A stretch of DNA of 64,000 bases from positions 26,014 to 90,013 of the forward strand of contig CAYNPL010000007.1 of assembly GCA_964399135.1 (NCBI GenBank). Direction: 5' to 3'. The position numbers were made by a program, and so were the translations under genes. The DNA comes from an uncultured Gaiellales bacterium (GTDB taxonomy: Bacteria > Actinomycetota > Thermoleophilia > RBG-16-64-13). Under the pieces are notes generated by a model, which had not been told where the DNA came from, made no database searches, and saw only the letters and a program-made list of their open reading frames with translations. Shown here piece by piece: positions 1 through 8,859 of the stretch (positions within the stretch are counted from its first letter, which is position 1; the number at the start of each line of letters is the position of its first letter).

Positions 1-404
1 TGCTCTGGTACATCCAGGACAGGACTCGCGCTGGGGCCATCATCCGGGCGGGCATGGACAACAAGGACATGACCGTCAGCCTGGGCATCAACTACGGGAT
101 GGTGAGCACGCTGGTGTTCCTGCTCGGTATCGCCCTCGCCGGCGTGGCCGGCGTCATCGGGGCCCCCATCACCGGGGCCTACCCTTCCATGGGTGACAAT
201 CTGCTTCTGCTCACCCTGATCGTGGTGGTGGTCGGCGGGACCGGCTACATCCAGGGGACCATGCTGGGGGCGCTCGTCATCGGGCTTCTCGACACCTTCG
301 GGAAGGCCTACATCCCGGGGGTCGCCCTCTTCTTCGCCTGGATTGTCTTTCTGGCCGTCCTTCTGCTCAGACCGAGCGGGCTGATCGGTAGGAAGGTGTT
401 CTGA
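1..404 (+). CDS. livH: Branched-chain amino acid (HAAT family) ABC transporter permease, LivH-like, 5'-truncated by window edge
   Basis: Open frame from position 3. Translation (...AIIRAGMDNKDMTVSLGINYGMVSTLVFLLGIALAGVAGV...) matches the conserved C-terminal part of LivH permeases. Hydrophobic TM segments. Confidence 0.7.
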   Translation, partial: LWYIQDRTRAGAIIRAGMDNKDMTVSLGINYGMVSTLVFLLGIALAGVAGVIGAPITGAYPSMGDNLLLLTLIVVVVGGTGYIQGTMLGALVIGLLDTFGKAYIPGVALFFAWIVFLAVLLLRPSGLIGRKVF

Positions 405-1423
405 TGGCGCGCCGTCCTCACCTACCGGCCTCCTTTGTCCAGACGGTGCTGCCGATCATCTTGGTCTCGGTCGTCGTCCTGGTGCTGCCGCTGTTCATCC
501 CCAGTTTCGTGTCCAGCCTGGTGACCAAGATGATGATCTTCGGCCTGTTCGGCGTGAGTCTCAACCTCATCTGGGGCTACGCGAACATCCCCAGCTTCGG
601 CCACGCCGCCTTCTTCGGCGTGGGTGCCTACACAGCGGCCGTCATTGTGACCAAGGTCGGACTCTCCAACTTCTGGCTGAGCCTGCTGATCGCCATCATC
701 TTGACCGCGATCGTCGCCGCGATCCTGGGTGTACCTGCCTTCCGGGTGTTCGGAGTGGGGGCAGGGGCCTCCAACCCCATCTACTTCCTCCTGGCCACCA
801 TCGCCTTCGGAGAGCTGCTTTCGCGTCTGGCCATCTCCTTGCGGCCACTGACCGGCGGTACCACCGGCCTGTCCGGCATCCCCAATCCGGACATCGGATT
901 CGGGGCCAAGGTGGGCTCGGAGGCGTACTACTACTTGGTCTTCGTGATCTGCGCGATCTGTCTTTTCATCATGTACAGGATCGTCAACTCCCACTACGGC
1001 TACGCGCTGCGCGGCATCCATGACAACGAGCGCCGTATGCAGGCTCTGGGTTACAACACCTGGCTCTACAAGTACACTTCCTGGATCATCGCCGCGGTCT
1101 TTGGGGGCGTCGCCGGGGCGCTCTTCGCCTACTTCGGGAGTGCGCTCATCCCCAACAACTTCGCCATGGTCCAAAGCGATATCTCTTTCCTGCTGGTCAT
1201 CCTGGGGGGCACCACCGTCTTCTTCGGGCCTCTCGTCGCTTCTGTTCTCTACGTCGGCATCGAGTATCTGGCCAGCGTCTACATGCCTCAGCGGTGGCCA
1301 CTAATACTGGGTGCCCTCTTCGTGATAGCGATCATGATGATCCCCTGGACCAACGGCCGGTACCAGGGGCTCGGTCCCGAGGTGCTGCGGCTATGGAAGA
1401 AGGCGACCCGTGGCGCTGCTTGA
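404..1423 (+). CDS. livM: HAAT-family ABC transporter permease, LivM-like
   Basis: 339 aa multi-TM protein directly downstream of the LivH-like gene, start overlapping its stop. Typical LivM length and hydrophobicity. Confidence 0.8.
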   Translation: MARRPHLPASFVQTVLPIILVSVVVLVLPLFIPSFVSSLVTKMMIFGLFGVSLNLIWGYANIPSFGHAAFFGVGAYTAAVIVTKVGLSNFWLSLLIAIILTAIVAAILGVPAFRVFGVGAGASNPIYFLLATIAFGELLSRLAISLRPLTGGTTGLSGIPNPDIGFGAKVGSEAYYYLVFVICAICLFIMYRIVNSHYGYALRGIHDNERRMQALGYNTWLYKYTSWIIAAVFGGVAGALFAYFGSALIPNNFAMVQSDISFLLVILGGTTVFFGPLVASVLYVGIEYLASVYMPQRWPLILGALFVIAIMMIPWTNGRYQGLGPEVLRLWKKATRGAA

Positions 1424-2171
1424 GGCCCGAAATCTCTCCGTCCATTTCGGCGGTCTGGCCGCGGTCAGCAACGTCACGTTCGCCATCGAGCCGGGCGAAA
1501 GGCTGGCTTTGATCGGGCCCAACGGGGCGGGCAAGACCACTCTCTTCAACCTGCTCACCGGGCAGCTCAAGCCTTCGGCGGGGAGGGTGATCTTCAAAGG
1601 GCAGGACATCACCGACGCCAGAGTCTACGAACGCACTCATCTGGGGATGGCCCGGTCGTTTCAGATCACCAGCCTCTTCCCCTACCAGAGTGTCATGGTC
1701 AACGCCATGATCGGCCTGCAGGGCGTGGAGAAAAGCCGGTATCGCCTCTACCGGCCGTTCTTCAAGGACCGGGCTCTCACCGCCGCCGCCCAGGAACTGC
1801 TCGAGTCCACCGACCTCTGGGATCTCAAAGACGAGATCGTCAGCTCCCTGGCCTATGGGCAACAGCGGAAACTGGAGATCGCGCTGAGCCTGGCCAGCCG
1901 ACCGGACCTGCTCCTGCTGGACGAACCGAGCTGTGGTCTGACGGCCGCCGAGAGCGCCGACATCACCAAGAGGATCCGCGATCTGGGCTCGAAGATCACC
2001 GTCCTCATGATCGCCCACGACATGGACCTGGTGTTCGGCGTCGCCGAGCGGGTCATCCTGCTTCACTACGGCGAGATCGCCTGCGAAGGGACCTGCGAGG
2101 AGATCCGCATCAACCCGATGGTCAGGGAGATCTACATGGGGACCCGCAAACAGTTGGGCGGGGGGCTCTGA
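1410..2171 (+). CDS. livG: ABC transporter ATP-binding protein, LivG-like
   Basis: Walker A GPNGAGKTT, ABC signature LAYGQQRKLE, Walker B LLLLDEP. N-terminus MALLEARNLSVHFGG is typical of LivG. Confidence 0.85.
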   Translation: MALLEARNLSVHFGGLAAVSNVTFAIEPGERLALIGPNGAGKTTLFNLLTGQLKPSAGRVIFKGQDITDARVYERTHLGMARSFQITSLFPYQSVMVNAMIGLQGVEKSRYRLYRPFFKDRALTAAAQELLESTDLWDLKDEIVSSLAYGQQRKLEIALSLASRPDLLLLDEPSCGLTAAESADITKRIRDLGSKITVLMIAHDMDLVFGVAERVILLHYGEIACEGTCEEIRINPMVREIYMGTRKQLGGGL

Positions 2172-2174
2172 TCG

Positions 2175-2879
2175 ATGCTCGAGGTCAAAGACATCCACAC
2201 CTGGTATGGAGACAGCTACATCCTGCAAGGGGTGTCTCTGGAGGTCAAGGACGGCACGGTCGTCGCCCTTCTCGGTCGCAACGGCATGGGAAAGACCACG
2301 ACCATCCGCTCCATCATGGGGTTGGCTCCTCCTCGCAGAGGGAGCATCGTATTCAACGGGCAGGAACTGGTCGGTCTCCCCTCCTTCAAGATCGCCCGTC
2401 TGGGGATAGGGCTGGTCCCGCAGGGCAGGCTCATCTTCTCTTCGCTGTCGGTCCTCGAGAATCTCAAGATGGCCGCGCGCACCAGCGGCAAGAAGGACCC
2501 CTGGACTCTGGACAAGGTCTTCGCCATCTTCCCCAAGCTCGCCGAGCGGCGCAAGAACAAGGGGAACCTCTTGAGCGGCGGCGAGCAACAGATGCTCACC
2601 ATCGGGCGGGCGCTCATGACCAATCCGGATCTGTTGCTCTTCGACGAGCCTTCCGAAGGGCTGGCCCCGGTGGTGGTGGACGAAGTGTTTCGCATCATCG
2701 GTGAGCTCAAGGCGGCCGGCGAGTCCATCCTTTTGGTCGAGCAGGACTTCGGCATGGCCATGAGTGTGGCCGACTACGCGTACATTATGAGCAGAGGCAC
2801 CATCGTGTACGAGTCGACTCCGGACAAGCTCATCGACAACGAGACCGTGAAGGCAACCTATCTGGGCGTGGGAGAGTGA
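2175..2879 (+). CDS. livF: ABC transporter ATP-binding protein, LivF-like
   Basis: Walker A GRNGMGKTT, signature LSGGEQQML, Walker B LLLFDEPSEGLAP. LivF-type C-terminus. Confidence 0.85.
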   Translation: MLEVKDIHTWYGDSYILQGVSLEVKDGTVVALLGRNGMGKTTTIRSIMGLAPPRRGSIVFNGQELVGLPSFKIARLGIGLVPQGRLIFSSLSVLENLKMAARTSGKKDPWTLDKVFAIFPKLAERRKNKGNLLSGGEQQMLTIGRALMTNPDLLLFDEPSEGLAPVVVDEVFRIIGELKAAGESILLVEQDFGMAMSVADYAYIMSRGTIVYESTPDKLIDNETVKATYLGVGE

Positions 2880-2960
2880 GGACCAGGGAATAAGAAGGGA
2901 CAAGAGGCAGATATACTCGCCGTGTGAGCAACGGAAGTCTCGATTCGAAGGGGGGAAGGA

Positions 2961-4196
2961 ATGGACAGAAGACTCTTGACAGTAGTAGTGGTACTGATGC
3001 TGGGCGTGGCCTTGGTGGTGGCAGCCTGCGGCGAAGCCGAGGAGACCACGACCACAACTGCGGCATCCACAAGCAGCACCGTCGCCGGAGAGCCCATCAA
3101 GATCGGTTATGACGAAGGGTTCACCGGCTTCATGGCTTACGACTGCCAGCTGGCCGACCAGGGGATCAAGACGGCACTGGCGATGCTGGACAACCAGTGG
3201 GAAGGCCGTCCGCTCCAGTACTTCGCCGAAGACAACGGCTCCGACCCGGTCGTCGCCGTGGACAAGGCCCGCAAGCTGGTGGAGAGCGATAAGATCGACG
3301 TCATGATCGGCCCCATCTTCTCGCCTTCGGCGAAGGCAGTGGCCGACTACCTGGCCAAGTCCTCGGGCATACCCGAGATCTCCATTGTGGGGCAGCCCAC
3401 CGAGAACCTCGAGACCGCCAACGGGCTGGCCTTCATCCACACGGGGTTCTTCGACTCCCACGGCTACTACTTCGGCAAGTACCTGGCGGAGAAGGGCTAC
3501 AAGACCGCCAACGTCATCAACTATGACGACACGCCCGCCTATGCCCTGACCGCGGGCTTCAAGAAGGCCTTCGTCGAGGAAGGCGGCGGCCAGGTCCTCA
3601 GCGAGAACTACGTGCCCCTGGATACGGTCGACTTCAGCTCCTATCTGAGCGCCATGGAGCCGGCCGACGTCACGGTGAACTGGATCTTCGGCAACGGCGC
3701 CGTGCCCTTTGTCAAGCAGTTCCACGATTATGGGCTGCAGGGAGCGGTCGCCGTCCCCATGTCCAACAACTTCAGTGACGCGCAGCTGGCTGAGCTCGGT
3801 GACATCGCGCTGGGCATGATCGCCTGCGACTACTACGCCTGGACGATCGACAACCCGCTCAACGCCGAGTTCATCGCCGCCTACGAGAAGCTGTTCAACG
3901 GGGAGAAGCCCACCCCGCAGGCCTACGGCTCCTGGCAGGGCGTGATGATGTATCTGGAGGCCCTCAAGGCCACCGGCGGGGACACCGATCCCAAGAAGGT
4001 CATTCCGGCCATGGCCAACCTGACCATGGACTCGCCCGCGGGCAAGTTCACCATTGTGCCCTTCCAGAGCGCCTACATCGCCAAGCGCGACTTCTTCATC
4101 CTCGAGGTGCAGAAGGTGGACGAGGTCCTCACGTGGGTGCCGGTGAAGACCTACGATCAGGTGCTGCTGGGCGATCTCGCCTCGGTAGGGCAGTAG
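2961..4196 (+). CDS. Periplasmic-binding-protein type I substrate-binding lipoprotein of the HAAT ABC transporter (LivK-like). True ligand unknown, could be an amino acid or an aromatic acid
   Basis: Signal peptide plus lipobox LVVAAC, Thr/Ser-rich linker, then a LivK-like domain (IKIGYDEGFTG...). Last gene of the transporter cluster. Confidence 0.8.
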   Translation: MDRRLLTVVVVLMLGVALVVAACGEAEETTTTTAASTSSTVAGEPIKIGYDEGFTGFMAYDCQLADQGIKTALAMLDNQWEGRPLQYFAEDNGSDPVVAVDKARKLVESDKIDVMIGPIFSPSAKAVADYLAKSSGIPEISIVGQPTENLETANGLAFIHTGFFDSHGYYFGKYLAEKGYKTANVINYDDTPAYALTAGFKKAFVEEGGGQVLSENYVPLDTVDFSSYLSAMEPADVTVNWIFGNGAVPFVKQFHDYGLQGAVAVPMSNNFSDAQLAELGDIALGMIACDYYAWTIDNPLNAEFIAAYEKLFNGEKPTPQAYGSWQGVMMYLEALKATGGDTDPKKVIPAMANLTMDSPAGKFTIVPFQSAYIAKRDFFILEVQKVDEVLTWVPVKTYDQVLLGDLASVGQ

Positions 4197-4232
4197 CGCC
4201 CTATCCCGTCCGCGGACGGGCGGTAGCGAAAC

Positions 4233-4270
4233 AAAGGCCCCCCGGCGCCTGCGGCGCCGGGGGGCCTTCT
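4233..4270. terminator. Bidirectional GC-rich hairpin terminator between convergent genes
   Basis: Perfect 14-bp inverted repeat ggccccccggcgcc/ggcgccggggggcc (4236-4249 and 4253-4266), flanked by aaa and ttct. A second palindrome cccgtccgcggacggg lies at 4205-4220. Confidence 0.5.
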
Positions 4271-4297
4271 CGTGGGCGCGCGGCCGCGCCCCTCCCG

Positions 4298-5116
4298 CTA
4301 CTTGGCCAGCGCTATGTCACCCAGGTTGACGTCCTTCTCGGTGGAGATGGCGTCGATGGTCTTGGCGGCGAAACCCGGGGCGGCGATGGTCAGCGAGTAG
4401 GTGGCCCCGTCGGCCAGGCCGCGGAACCAGAAGTCCCCGAAGCCGTCGGTGGTCACCGTGTAGGTGGCCCCGTCCGCTCCTTTGAGGGTGCAGGTGGCTC
4501 CCTCAATGATCTCCTTCTCCACCGGGTCGTACACCGTGCCAGCGATGAACTTCTTGGGGATGTTCAGGTAGTAGACGCGCGGTTTGGCGCCCAGCTCGGG
4601 CCTCATGACCTCAGCCCTGGCGATCTCGGCCGCGAAGTCGGCTTCTTCGCCGAACTTGATGGCCTCGGTGGGGCAGGCGTCGGCGCAGCGGGGCACCGTC
4701 CACTCGCCGCCGTCCAGCAGGTGCGCGCAACCGGTGCACTTCTGGGCTAGGTTGAGATCGTCATTGAAGTAGATGGCTTTGTACGGGCAGGCGTCGACGC
4801 AGTTCCTACAGCCGGTGCACTTGTCGGTGTCGATGATCACCAGGCCGTCATCCCGCTTGTAAATGGCGCCTTCCACCGGGCAGGCCGGCAGACAGGGCGG
4901 CTCATCGCAGTGGTAGCAGGGATTGGCGATGTAGTGCATCTCCACCTTGGGTACGGTGCCGCGGATGTACTCGTCCACCCTCATCCAGAACTGGCCGGTG
5001 TCGGGCTGAGGCTTGGCGATGGGCGACCAGTCGTTCCCCACATGCTCGTCTTTGCAGACGAACTGGCAGGCATAGCAGCCCACGCACAGATCGACATCTA
5101 TCACGAAGACCTTCAT
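4298..5116 (-). CDS. Fe-S (beta) subunit of an AthL/BthL-like molybdoenzyme, copy 1. Several Cys-cluster ferredoxin N-domain plus a C-terminal transthyretin/carboxypeptidase-regulatory-like beta-sandwich
   Basis: Multiple Cys clusters (CVGCYACQFVC, CYHCDEPPCLPACP, CTGCRNCVDACP, CTGCAHLL...CADACP). The domain layout resembles the small subunit BthL of Pelobacter pyrogallol hydroxytransferase. Sits 8 bp downstream of the alpha gene on the same strand. Confidence 0.8.
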   Translation of the reverse strand: MKVFVIDVDLCVGCYACQFVCKDEHVGNDWSPIAKPQPDTGQFWMRVDEYIRGTVPKVEMHYIANPCYHCDEPPCLPACPVEGAIYKRDDGLVIIDTDKCTGCRNCVDACPYKAIYFNDDLNLAQKCTGCAHLLDGGEWTVPRCADACPTEAIKFGEEADFAAEIARAEVMRPELGAKPRVYYLNIPKKFIAGTVYDPVEKEIIEGATCTLKGADGATYTVTTDGFGDFWFRGLADGATYSLTIAAPGFAAKTIDAISTEKDVNLGDIALAK

Positions 5117-5123
5117 CTATGCC

Positions 5124-7811
5124 TTACCTTTCCTCGATCCAGGCGTCGAATCGCAACCCGGCTCCTGGGTCGTATTGCCGGGCGAAGGCTTCGGGGTAGT
5201 CCCTACGCCACGTCTCCCACTCCTCGTTCTTGACCCGCTGCACGTCGACCAGGTAGCCGCTGGTGGCCTGCCCGCAGCAGTTCTTGGAGGTCAACCCGTT
5301 GGGGGCGATGGTGTTGATGGCGCCGCCGCGGTCGACCTTCCCCGGGACCAGGGGGTCATGCCGCGCGCCGTGGTCCACGTATACCACGCCCGGTCTGATC
5401 CGCTCCCATACCCGGGCGCCCACCAGCACGATGCCGCGCTCGTTGAAGACCTTGACGATGTCGCCGTCTTTGATGTCGCGGGCGGCCGCGTCGACGGGGT
5501 TGATCCAGATGGGCTCGTAGCGGTAGCCGTCGAAGCCCAGCACCTTGCCGGTGGGAGTCTCCCGGGCCCAGCTGATGTCGTCACCCTGGGCGTGGGTACG
5601 CCAGCGCGGGTGGTTGGACATGAGCAGGAGGGGGAACATGGCGGCGCGCTCGCTGGACAACGCTTCGTCGTGGGTCTCGCCCTTCTCGATCCACTTGGGG
5701 AAGGGCGGGCGCTCGTTGTCGCAGGGGAAGTGCTGATGCAGCCGCTCGGAGTAGAACTCCAGCAGGCCGCTGGGGGTCTTCAGTGGGTTGTTCTTGGGGT
5801 CCTCGTAGAAGAGGCGGAAGCCGGGCGGGTCCTGCTCCCAGTCCGGGGCGGTCTTGTAGACGTAGGTCTTCTTCTCGTAGAAATCCTCCCAGGTGGTGAG
5901 CTTGTCCATCTTCATGGCGTCGAACACGATCTTCTGCAGGTCCCTCGTGCCCAGGCCGCCGGTGAACTCCTCGCCGTAGCCGAGCTTCTCGGCGATGGCG
6001 GCTACGATCTCATAGTCGCTCTTCGACTCGCCGATAGGCTTGACCGACTGTTCCTGGATGGACACGCTGGCGAAGTGCGGGCCCTGCCGCACCGTGGTGA
6101 CGATATCCTCCACCTCGAGGGTGGTGTTGGCCGGTAGGACGATGTCGGCGTAGAGGCACTCGTTCTCCATCCAAGGATGCTGGGCGACGATGCACTCGAT
6201 GCTGGGGTCCTTGAAGGCCTCGATGGTCCAGTTGCCGTGGTTCCAACAGGTGATCCGGCAGGGGGTGTCGGTCCAGATCATGTGGATGGGTACGCCGCCC
6301 TCTTCTTTGGCGATCGGGTAGGTGTAGCGGTCGAATTGCTCCTCGGTCTGGCACTCCTGGCCGCCGCTGCCGTGGAAGACCAACGGGGGCTTGAGGATGG
6401 CGTCCTGGATGAGGGTCTTGGGGATGAGCTGCGGACCCCAGGCGTGCACCGTGGTCCAGCAGGGTTTGGTGAGCCGCTCGGGCAGCTCGGGGTTGAAGAA
6501 GCGGACGCTGCCCAGCCCTTCCGCCCGGGGCATGCCGAAGTAGGTCATCTGGCACTGATGCACGCCGGGACCGCCCAGGCCCTGCATGCCCAGCATGACG
6601 CACTCGAGCCGGCCCGGCTCATGGGAGTACGGACCGCGGAAGGCGGAGCCGCCGAAATAGTGGATGATGGAAGTGGTGTTCTTGGCGAACTGCCGGGCGA
6701 GGGCCTTGATGGTCCACTCGGGCACGCCGCACTTCTTGGACGCCCATTCCGGGGTCTTGGGGATGCCTTCCTCGTCTTCCCCCAGGACGTAGGAGGCCAC
6801 CTTGTCCATGCCCACGGCGTGGGTGGCGACGTACTCCTTGTCCCAGGTGTCTTCCTTGAGCCACACGTAGATGATGGCCAACTGAAGGGCGGCGTCGGTG
6901 TTCGGCAGCACTGGGATCCATTTGTCGGCGTGCACCGCGGCCGCGTAGTTGAGGTCGGGACAGATGTACACCTGTTTGATGCCGGCCCGGGTCCAGAACT
7001 GGGAGATGCGGCTGGCGTACTGGCCGGTGAAACCCCAGGGCGTGGTCTCCTCGTCGCAGCCCCACTTGAGCACCATGTCGCAGTGCTCGGAGATGTCCTT
7101 GATGAGGTTGGCGGCCGGCGACATCATGCCCTGGAACCCCTGACCCCAGACATGCTTGGCTCCCCAGTACCAGCCTTCCCAGCTGTCAGGGTTGCGGACC
7201 TGCTGGGTGAAGCCGCCCATCATGTCGAGGAGGCGGGCCTGGTGGCCGTGGGGGGTGTGGATGGTCTTGTTCTCGCCGTGGCCGTCACCCTGGGCTAGGA
7301 TGGCGAGCGGCCCGTACTCTTTGTGGACACGCCGGATCTCGGAGGCGACGAGGTCGATGGCCTCGTCCCAGGAGATGCGCACGAACTTGCTCTTGCCGCG
7401 ATTCTGGGTGTTACGCCCGCCCGGGCCCACCGAGCCGGGGGCCCCGGTGGGGTCCCAGTCCACCCGTTTGAGGGGGAACTTGATGCGGTTGGGGGAGAAC
7501 GTCCGCTTCTTATAGGCCAGCGAGAACGGCGCGGGGAGGGCCTTGCGCAGTGGCATCAAGGTCTCGCCGTTACGCTCTATCTTCCACGGGCGCAGCGATT
7601 CGAAGTCGTACTTCCAGTCGTACTTGAACGGCCTGATCCTGATGGCCTTGCCGTCTTTGACGTCGACGAAGCATTCGCCTCCTCCCCCGAGGAGTCCGCC
7701 CATCGCCAGGTTCTTGATGGTCGTCTTGTCGATGCTTACGTCGACTTTCTTGCGTTCCTCTTCCGCCATCTCAATCGTCGTCCTTTCGTCTTCCGATGCC
7801 CGGTCGGTCAA
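5124..7811 (-). CDS. Molybdopterin (bis-MGD) oxidoreductase catalytic alpha subunit, pyrogallol-phloroglucinol transhydroxylase-like, divergent copy 1
   Basis: 895-aa ORF sharing conserved blocks with copies 2 and 3 (VDVKDGK.IRIRP, NPDSWEGW.WG, GCDEETTPWG, PEWA...CGVP) and with my recollection of P. acidigallici AthL. No N-terminal Cys cluster and no twin-arginine (Tat) signal peptide. The ORF opens with TTG at 7811 and no RBS. An in-frame ATG at 7769 (MAEEERKK...) with AAGGA upstream is the more likely start. Confidence 0.8.
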   Translation of the reverse strand: MTDRASEDERTTIEMAEEERKKVDVSIDKTTIKNLAMGGLLGGGGECFVDVKDGKAIRIRPFKYDWKYDFESLRPWKIERNGETLMPLRKALPAPFSLAYKKRTFSPNRIKFPLKRVDWDPTGAPGSVGPGGRNTQNRGKSKFVRISWDEAIDLVASEIRRVHKEYGPLAILAQGDGHGENKTIHTPHGHQARLLDMMGGFTQQVRNPDSWEGWYWGAKHVWGQGFQGMMSPAANLIKDISEHCDMVLKWGCDEETTPWGFTGQYASRISQFWTRAGIKQVYICPDLNYAAAVHADKWIPVLPNTDAALQLAIIYVWLKEDTWDKEYVATHAVGMDKVASYVLGEDEEGIPKTPEWASKKCGVPEWTIKALARQFAKNTTSIIHYFGGSAFRGPYSHEPGRLECVMLGMQGLGGPGVHQCQMTYFGMPRAEGLGSVRFFNPELPERLTKPCWTTVHAWGPQLIPKTLIQDAILKPPLVFHGSGGQECQTEEQFDRYTYPIAKEEGGVPIHMIWTDTPCRITCWNHGNWTIEAFKDPSIECIVAQHPWMENECLYADIVLPANTTLEVEDIVTTVRQGPHFASVSIQEQSVKPIGESKSDYEIVAAIAEKLGYGEEFTGGLGTRDLQKIVFDAMKMDKLTTWEDFYEKKTYVYKTAPDWEQDPPGFRLFYEDPKNNPLKTPSGLLEFYSERLHQHFPCDNERPPFPKWIEKGETHDEALSSERAAMFPLLLMSNHPRWRTHAQGDDISWARETPTGKVLGFDGYRYEPIWINPVDAAARDIKDGDIVKVFNERGIVLVGARVWERIRPGVVYVDHGARHDPLVPGKVDRGGAINTIAPNGLTSKNCCGQATSGYLVDVQRVKNEEWETWRRDYPEAFARQYDPGAGLRFDAWIEER

Positions 7812-7863
7812 GCGATGCGTTCAACAGAGAGCCACCCCCTAGTCCTCTCGTACTTCATACAGC

Positions 7864-8706
7864 TTACTGAGATGCCTGCCTTCCGTTTTGGGCGGTCGTG
7901 GCCGCCCGCTGGGAGGTCGTGCCCGGCCATCCCAGGTACGCCGAGAAGGAGGCCGCGGCCTTCTTCACCGCCTCTGTGCATAGGTCCCGTTCCTCCGGAC
8001 CGAACCGGCCGGTCGGCACCACCACCGATATGGAGGCGACCACCGTTCCCGCCTGGTCGCGCACAGGCGCACCCACCGCGCAGGTGCCCAGATACATGCC
8101 CTCCAGGTCGAAGGCCACGTCGTTGCGCGTCACTTCCTCCAGTTCGGCGGCGAGGGCGGCGCGGTCGGTCACCGTATAAGGAGTGCGGGGAGAAAGCGCC
8201 TGATCGAGTATCGCCTCCCGCTCCTCCGGTGGTTTGTAAGCCGTAAATAGCTTGCCGTGGACCGAGGCCAGGTCGCCCAGGATGCGCCCGGGGGCGGTCT
8301 TGCGTTTGAATGGGCGGGTGGTGTTGATGATGTCCACGCATACGGGGTACCCGTCGATCTCGACCGCCAAGGTCACCGATTCCCCCGTTTCCTTGGTGAG
8401 GGCCTCCAGGAAGGGCCGGGCCGCCTCCACCAGGTCCGATTGGTCTTGGGAGACGTAGGTGAGGGCGATGGTGGCCGGGCCCAACCGGTAGCGGTTGGTG
8501 GCGGGGTCCCGGACGAGATAGGCCATCGACTCCAGGGTCCGCACCATGCGGTAGACCGTCATGCGGAGAAGCCCGGTCTGCTCCGCCATCTCGTCGATGG
8601 TCCACTCTCGGTGGTCCACATCGAAGAGGCTGAGGATGGACAGCCCGCGGGTGAGGGCCCGCACGGAGAACGGGTCGGTCTCCCGAGATTCCTTGGTCGC
8701 CGCCAT
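7864..8706 (-). CDS. IclR-family transcriptional regulator
   Basis: N-terminal winged HTH (LTRGLSILSLF...EWTIDEMAEQTGLLRMTVYRMVRTLE) plus a C-terminal IclR effector domain. Lies upstream of and co-directional with operon 1, and divergent from operon 2. Confidence 0.85.
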   Translation of the reverse strand: MAATKESRETDPFSVRALTRGLSILSLFDVDHREWTIDEMAEQTGLLRMTVYRMVRTLESMAYLVRDPATNRYRLGPATIALTYVSQDQSDLVEAARPFLEALTKETGESVTLAVEIDGYPVCVDIINTTRPFKRKTAPGRILGDLASVHGKLFTAYKPPEEREAILDQALSPRTPYTVTDRAALAAELEEVTRNDVAFDLEGMYLGTCAVGAPVRDQAGTVVASISVVVPTGRFGPEERDLCTEAVKKAAASFSAYLGWPGTTSQRAATTAQNGRQASQ

Positions 8707-8747
8707 GCCCCCCCTTCCGCGGGGACCTGCCCTCAGGGCCCCGCGCC

Positions 8748-8776
8748 TTGCAAATCGACTCCGGCTACCCTACGAT
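8748..8776 (+). promoter_or_regulatory. Candidate sigma-70-type promoter of alpha2 operon (TTGCAA-17-TACGAT) at the edge of an AT-rich island
   Basis: Hexamers with 17-nt spacer read directly in the 153-bp divergent intergenic region. Followed by AT-rich 8771-8815 containing direct repeats (CAATAT x2, ATATCG x2). Confidence 0.3.
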
Positions 8777-8859
8777 ACTACCAATATTATTCGTCAATAT
8801 CGAGATATCGCATTGTGTTCCGCCCGGCAAGCTCATCCGATCCGATTGGGGGCTGATGT

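Noticed and set aside
1332-3725. Very long antisense ORFs (e.g. 1332-3725 minus 797 aa, 12598-14532 minus 644 aa, 30316-32016 minus 566 aa, 43634-45472 minus 612 aa, 48443-49597 minus 384 aa) overlapping well-conserved genes
   Set aside because: Low-complexity, Arg/Gly/Pro/Ala-rich translations typical of stop-codon-poor frames in high-GC DNA. Each lies opposite a gene with clear homology, so they are treated as artefacts.
7812-7863. Separate promoter for operon 1 in the 52-bp IclR/alpha1 gap
   Set aside because: No convincing -35/-10 pair on the minus strand. Operon 1 may be co-transcribed with the IclR gene, or the alpha1 start is the downstream ATG. Left unannotated.
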